Position numbers and translations under genes: made by a program. Positions 61,693 to 64,000 of a stretch of 64,000 bases of DNA are shown here, piece by piece. Position 1 is the stretch's first letter. Each line of letters opens with the position of its first letter. This DNA comes from the human T2T-CHM13v2.0 reference genome, Homo sapiens, in assembly GCF_009914755.1 (NCBI RefSeq), contig NC_060926.1; one strand, written 5' to 3'. The notes beneath the pieces are model-generated. The model searched no databases and was not told the origin of the DNA. It worked only from the letters and a program-made list of their open reading frames with translations.

Positions 61693-64000
61693 TGGTGAAA
61701 AAGGAAATATCTTCCCCTGAAAACTAGACAGAAGCATTCTCAGAATCTTATTTGTGATGTGCGCCCTCAACTAACAGTGTTGAAGCTTTCTTTTTATAGA
61801 GCAGTTTTGAAACACTCTTTTTGTAAAATCTGCAAGAGGATATTTGGATAGCTTTGAGGATTTCGTTGGAAACGGGATTGTCTTCATATAAACTCTAGAC
61901 AGAAGCATTCTCAGAAGCTTCATTGGGATGTTTCAATTGAAGTCACAGTGTTGAACAGTCCCTTTCATAGAGCAGGTTTGAAACACTCTTTTTGTAGTAT
62001 CTGGAAGTGGACATTTGGAGCGCTCTCAAGACTGCGGTGAAAAAGGAACTATCTTCCAATAAAAGCTAGATAGAAGCAATGTCAGAAACTTTTTCATGAT
62101 GTATCTACTCAGCTAACAGAGTTGAACCTTTCCTTTGAGAGAGCAGTTTTGAAACACTCTTTTTGTGGAATCTGCAAGTGGATATTTGTCTAGATTTGAG
62201 GATTTCGTTGGAAACGGGATTACATATAAAAAGCAGACAGCAGCATTCCCAGTAACTTCTTTGTGATGTTTGCATTCAAGTCACAGAGTTGAACATTCAC
62301 TTTCATAGAGCAGGTTTGAAACACTCTTTTTGTAGTATCTGGATGTGGACATTTGGAGCGCTTTCAGGCCTATGGTGCAAAAGGAAATATCTTCCCCTGA
62401 AAACTAGACAGAAGCATTCTCAGAAACTTATTTGTGATGTGCGCCCTCAACTAACAGTGTTGAACCTTTCTTTTGATAGAGCAGTTTTGAAACACTCTTT
62501 TTGTAATATCTGCAAGAGGATATTTGGATAGCTTTGAGGATTTCGTTGGAAACGGGATTACATATAAAAAGCAGACAGCAGCATTCCCAGAATCTTGTTT
62601 GTGATGTTTGCATTCAAGTCACAGAGTTGAACATTCCCTTTCAGAGAGCAGGTTTGAAACACTCTTTTTATAGTGTCTGGATGTGGACATTTGGAGCGCT
62701 TTCAGGCCTATGGTGAAAAAGGAAATATCTTCTCCTGTAAACTAGACAGAAGCATTCTCAGAAACTTATTTGTGATGTGCGCCCTCAACTAACAGTGTTG
62801 AAGCTTTCTTTTGATAGAGCAGTTTTGAAACACTCTTTTTGTAAAATCTGCAAGAGGATATTTGGATAGCTTTGAGGATTTCGTTGGAAACGGGATTGTC
62901 TTCATATAAACTCTAGACAGAAGCATTCTCAGAAGCTTCATTGGGATGTTTCAACTGAAGTCACAGTGTTGAACAGTCCCTTTCATAGAGCAGGTTTGAA
63001 ACACTCTTTTTGTAGTATCTGGAAGTGGACATTTGGAACGCTCTCAGGACTGCGGTGAAAAAGGAAATATCTTCCAATAAAAGCTAGATAGAAGCAATGT
63101 CAGAAACTTTTTCATGATGTATCTACTCAGCTAACAGAGTTGAACCTTTCTTTTGAGAGAGCAGTTTTGCAACACTCTTTTTGTGGAATCTGCAAGTGGA
63201 TATTAGTCTAGCTTTGAGGATTTCGTTGGAAACGGGATTACATATAAAAAGCAGACAGCAGCATTCCCAGTAACTTCTTTGTGATGTTTGCATTCAAGTC
63301 ACAGAGTTGAACATTCCCTTTCATAGAGCAGGTTTGAAACACTTTTTTTGTAGTATCTGGATGTGGATATTTGGAGCGCTTTCAGGCCTATGGTGAAAAA
63401 GGAAATATCTTCCAATAAAAGCTACATAGAAGCATTCTCAGAAACTTATTTTTGATGTGCACCCTCAACTAACAGTGTTGAAGCTTTCTTTTGATAGAGC
63501 AGTTTTGAAACACTCTTTTTGTAATATCTGCAAGAGGATATTTGGATAGCTTTGAGGATTTCGTTGGAAACGGGATTGTCTTCATATAAACTCTAGACAG
63601 AAGCATTCTCAGAAGCTTCATTGGGATGTTTCAATTGAAGTCACAGTGTTGAACAGTCCCTTTCATAGAGCAGGTTTGAAACACTCTTTTTGTAGTATCT
63701 GGAAGTGGACATTTGGAACGCTCTCAGGACTGCGGTGAAAAAGGAAATATCTTCCAATAAAAGCTAGATAGAAGCAATGTCAGAAACTTTTTCATGATGT
63801 ATCTACTCAGCTAACAGAGTTGAACCTTTCTTTTGAGAGAGCAGTTTTGAAACACTCTTTTTGTGGAATCTGCAAGTGGATATTTGTCTAGCTTTGAGGA
63901 TTTCGTTGGAAACGGGATTACATATAAAAAGCAGACAGCAGCATTCCCAGTAACTTCTTTGTGATGTTTGCATTCAAGTCACAGAGTTGAACATTCCCTT
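61693..64000 (+). repeat. Dispersed copy of the 19930-22237 block (offset 41763), running off the window end
   Basis: Shared rare markers in the same order: CATTCACTTT, TAGTGTCTGG, CTCCTGTAAAC, GATATTAGTCT, GTGGATATTTGGAGC. ORF pairs 20665/62428 and 20771/62534. Confidence 0.88.

Larger units (their letters stand above)
1..64000 (+). repeat. Centromeric alpha-satellite (alphoid) tandem array of ~171-bp monomers, single orientation
   Basis: Typical alphoid motifs (CATTCTCAGAAACTT...TGTGATGT, TTGAAACACTCTTTTTGT, CTAGACAGAAG) recur every ~170 bp from base 1 to 64000 with no interruption seen. CENP-B boxes recur every ~340 bp. Confidence 0.99.

Noticed and set aside
808-62716. About 100 short ORFs (60-90 aa) on both strands
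   Set aside because: They are near-identical translations of the satellite unit, most plus-strand ones start at TTG/GTG, and they appear or vanish with single SNVs at stop codons. I see no recognisable domain, codon structure or gene context. They were used only as variant markers.
41-63917. Regularly spaced 17-31 bp conserved motif resembling CRISPR direct repeats
   Set aside because: The intervening ~310 bp is itself repeated rather than unique spacer sequence, no cas genes are present, and the motif is the CENP-B box.
1-64000. Hidden L1/Alu insertion, inversion or foreign insert
   Set aside because: Reading through, I saw no non-alphoid stretch, poly-A tail or reverse-strand box (TCCCGTTTCCAACGAAA). 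RepeatMasker would confirm; an insert of a few bp could have been missed.

Overview
The whole 64 kb is one uninterrupted, head-to-tail array of primate centromeric alpha satellite in a single orientation. I found no genes, transposon insertions, inversions or non-satellite sequence, and the ORF track only reflects repeat periodicity. The basic higher-order repeat (HOR) is a 680-bp tetramer of monomers I label M1-M4 (171/167/171/171 bp). A CENP-B box (TTTCGTTGGAAACGGGA) sits in every second monomer, alternating with a pJ-alpha box. This organisation best fits the suprachromosomal-family-2 active array of human chromosome 2 (D2Z1 / S2C2H1L); that assignment rests on recall, not a search. I did not find a new gene-encoded system. 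The notable signal is the array's internal architecture: (1) a near-identical ~10.9-kb tandem duplication (about 39.2-50.0 and 50.0-60.6 kb) whose copies differ by one 338-bp dimer; (2) a more diverged central domain (about 24-39 kb) holding most of the broken CENP-B boxes and lacking a variant common on both flanks; (3) recurrent chimeric monomers whose junctions map to a few perfect-identity blocks, including the CENP-B box, and always keep the ~340-bp box phasing; (4) a mosaic of kb-scale blocks copied over 1-42 kb; (5) short gene-conversion-like patches. All counts and breakpoints were read by eye and should be confirmed by alignment.
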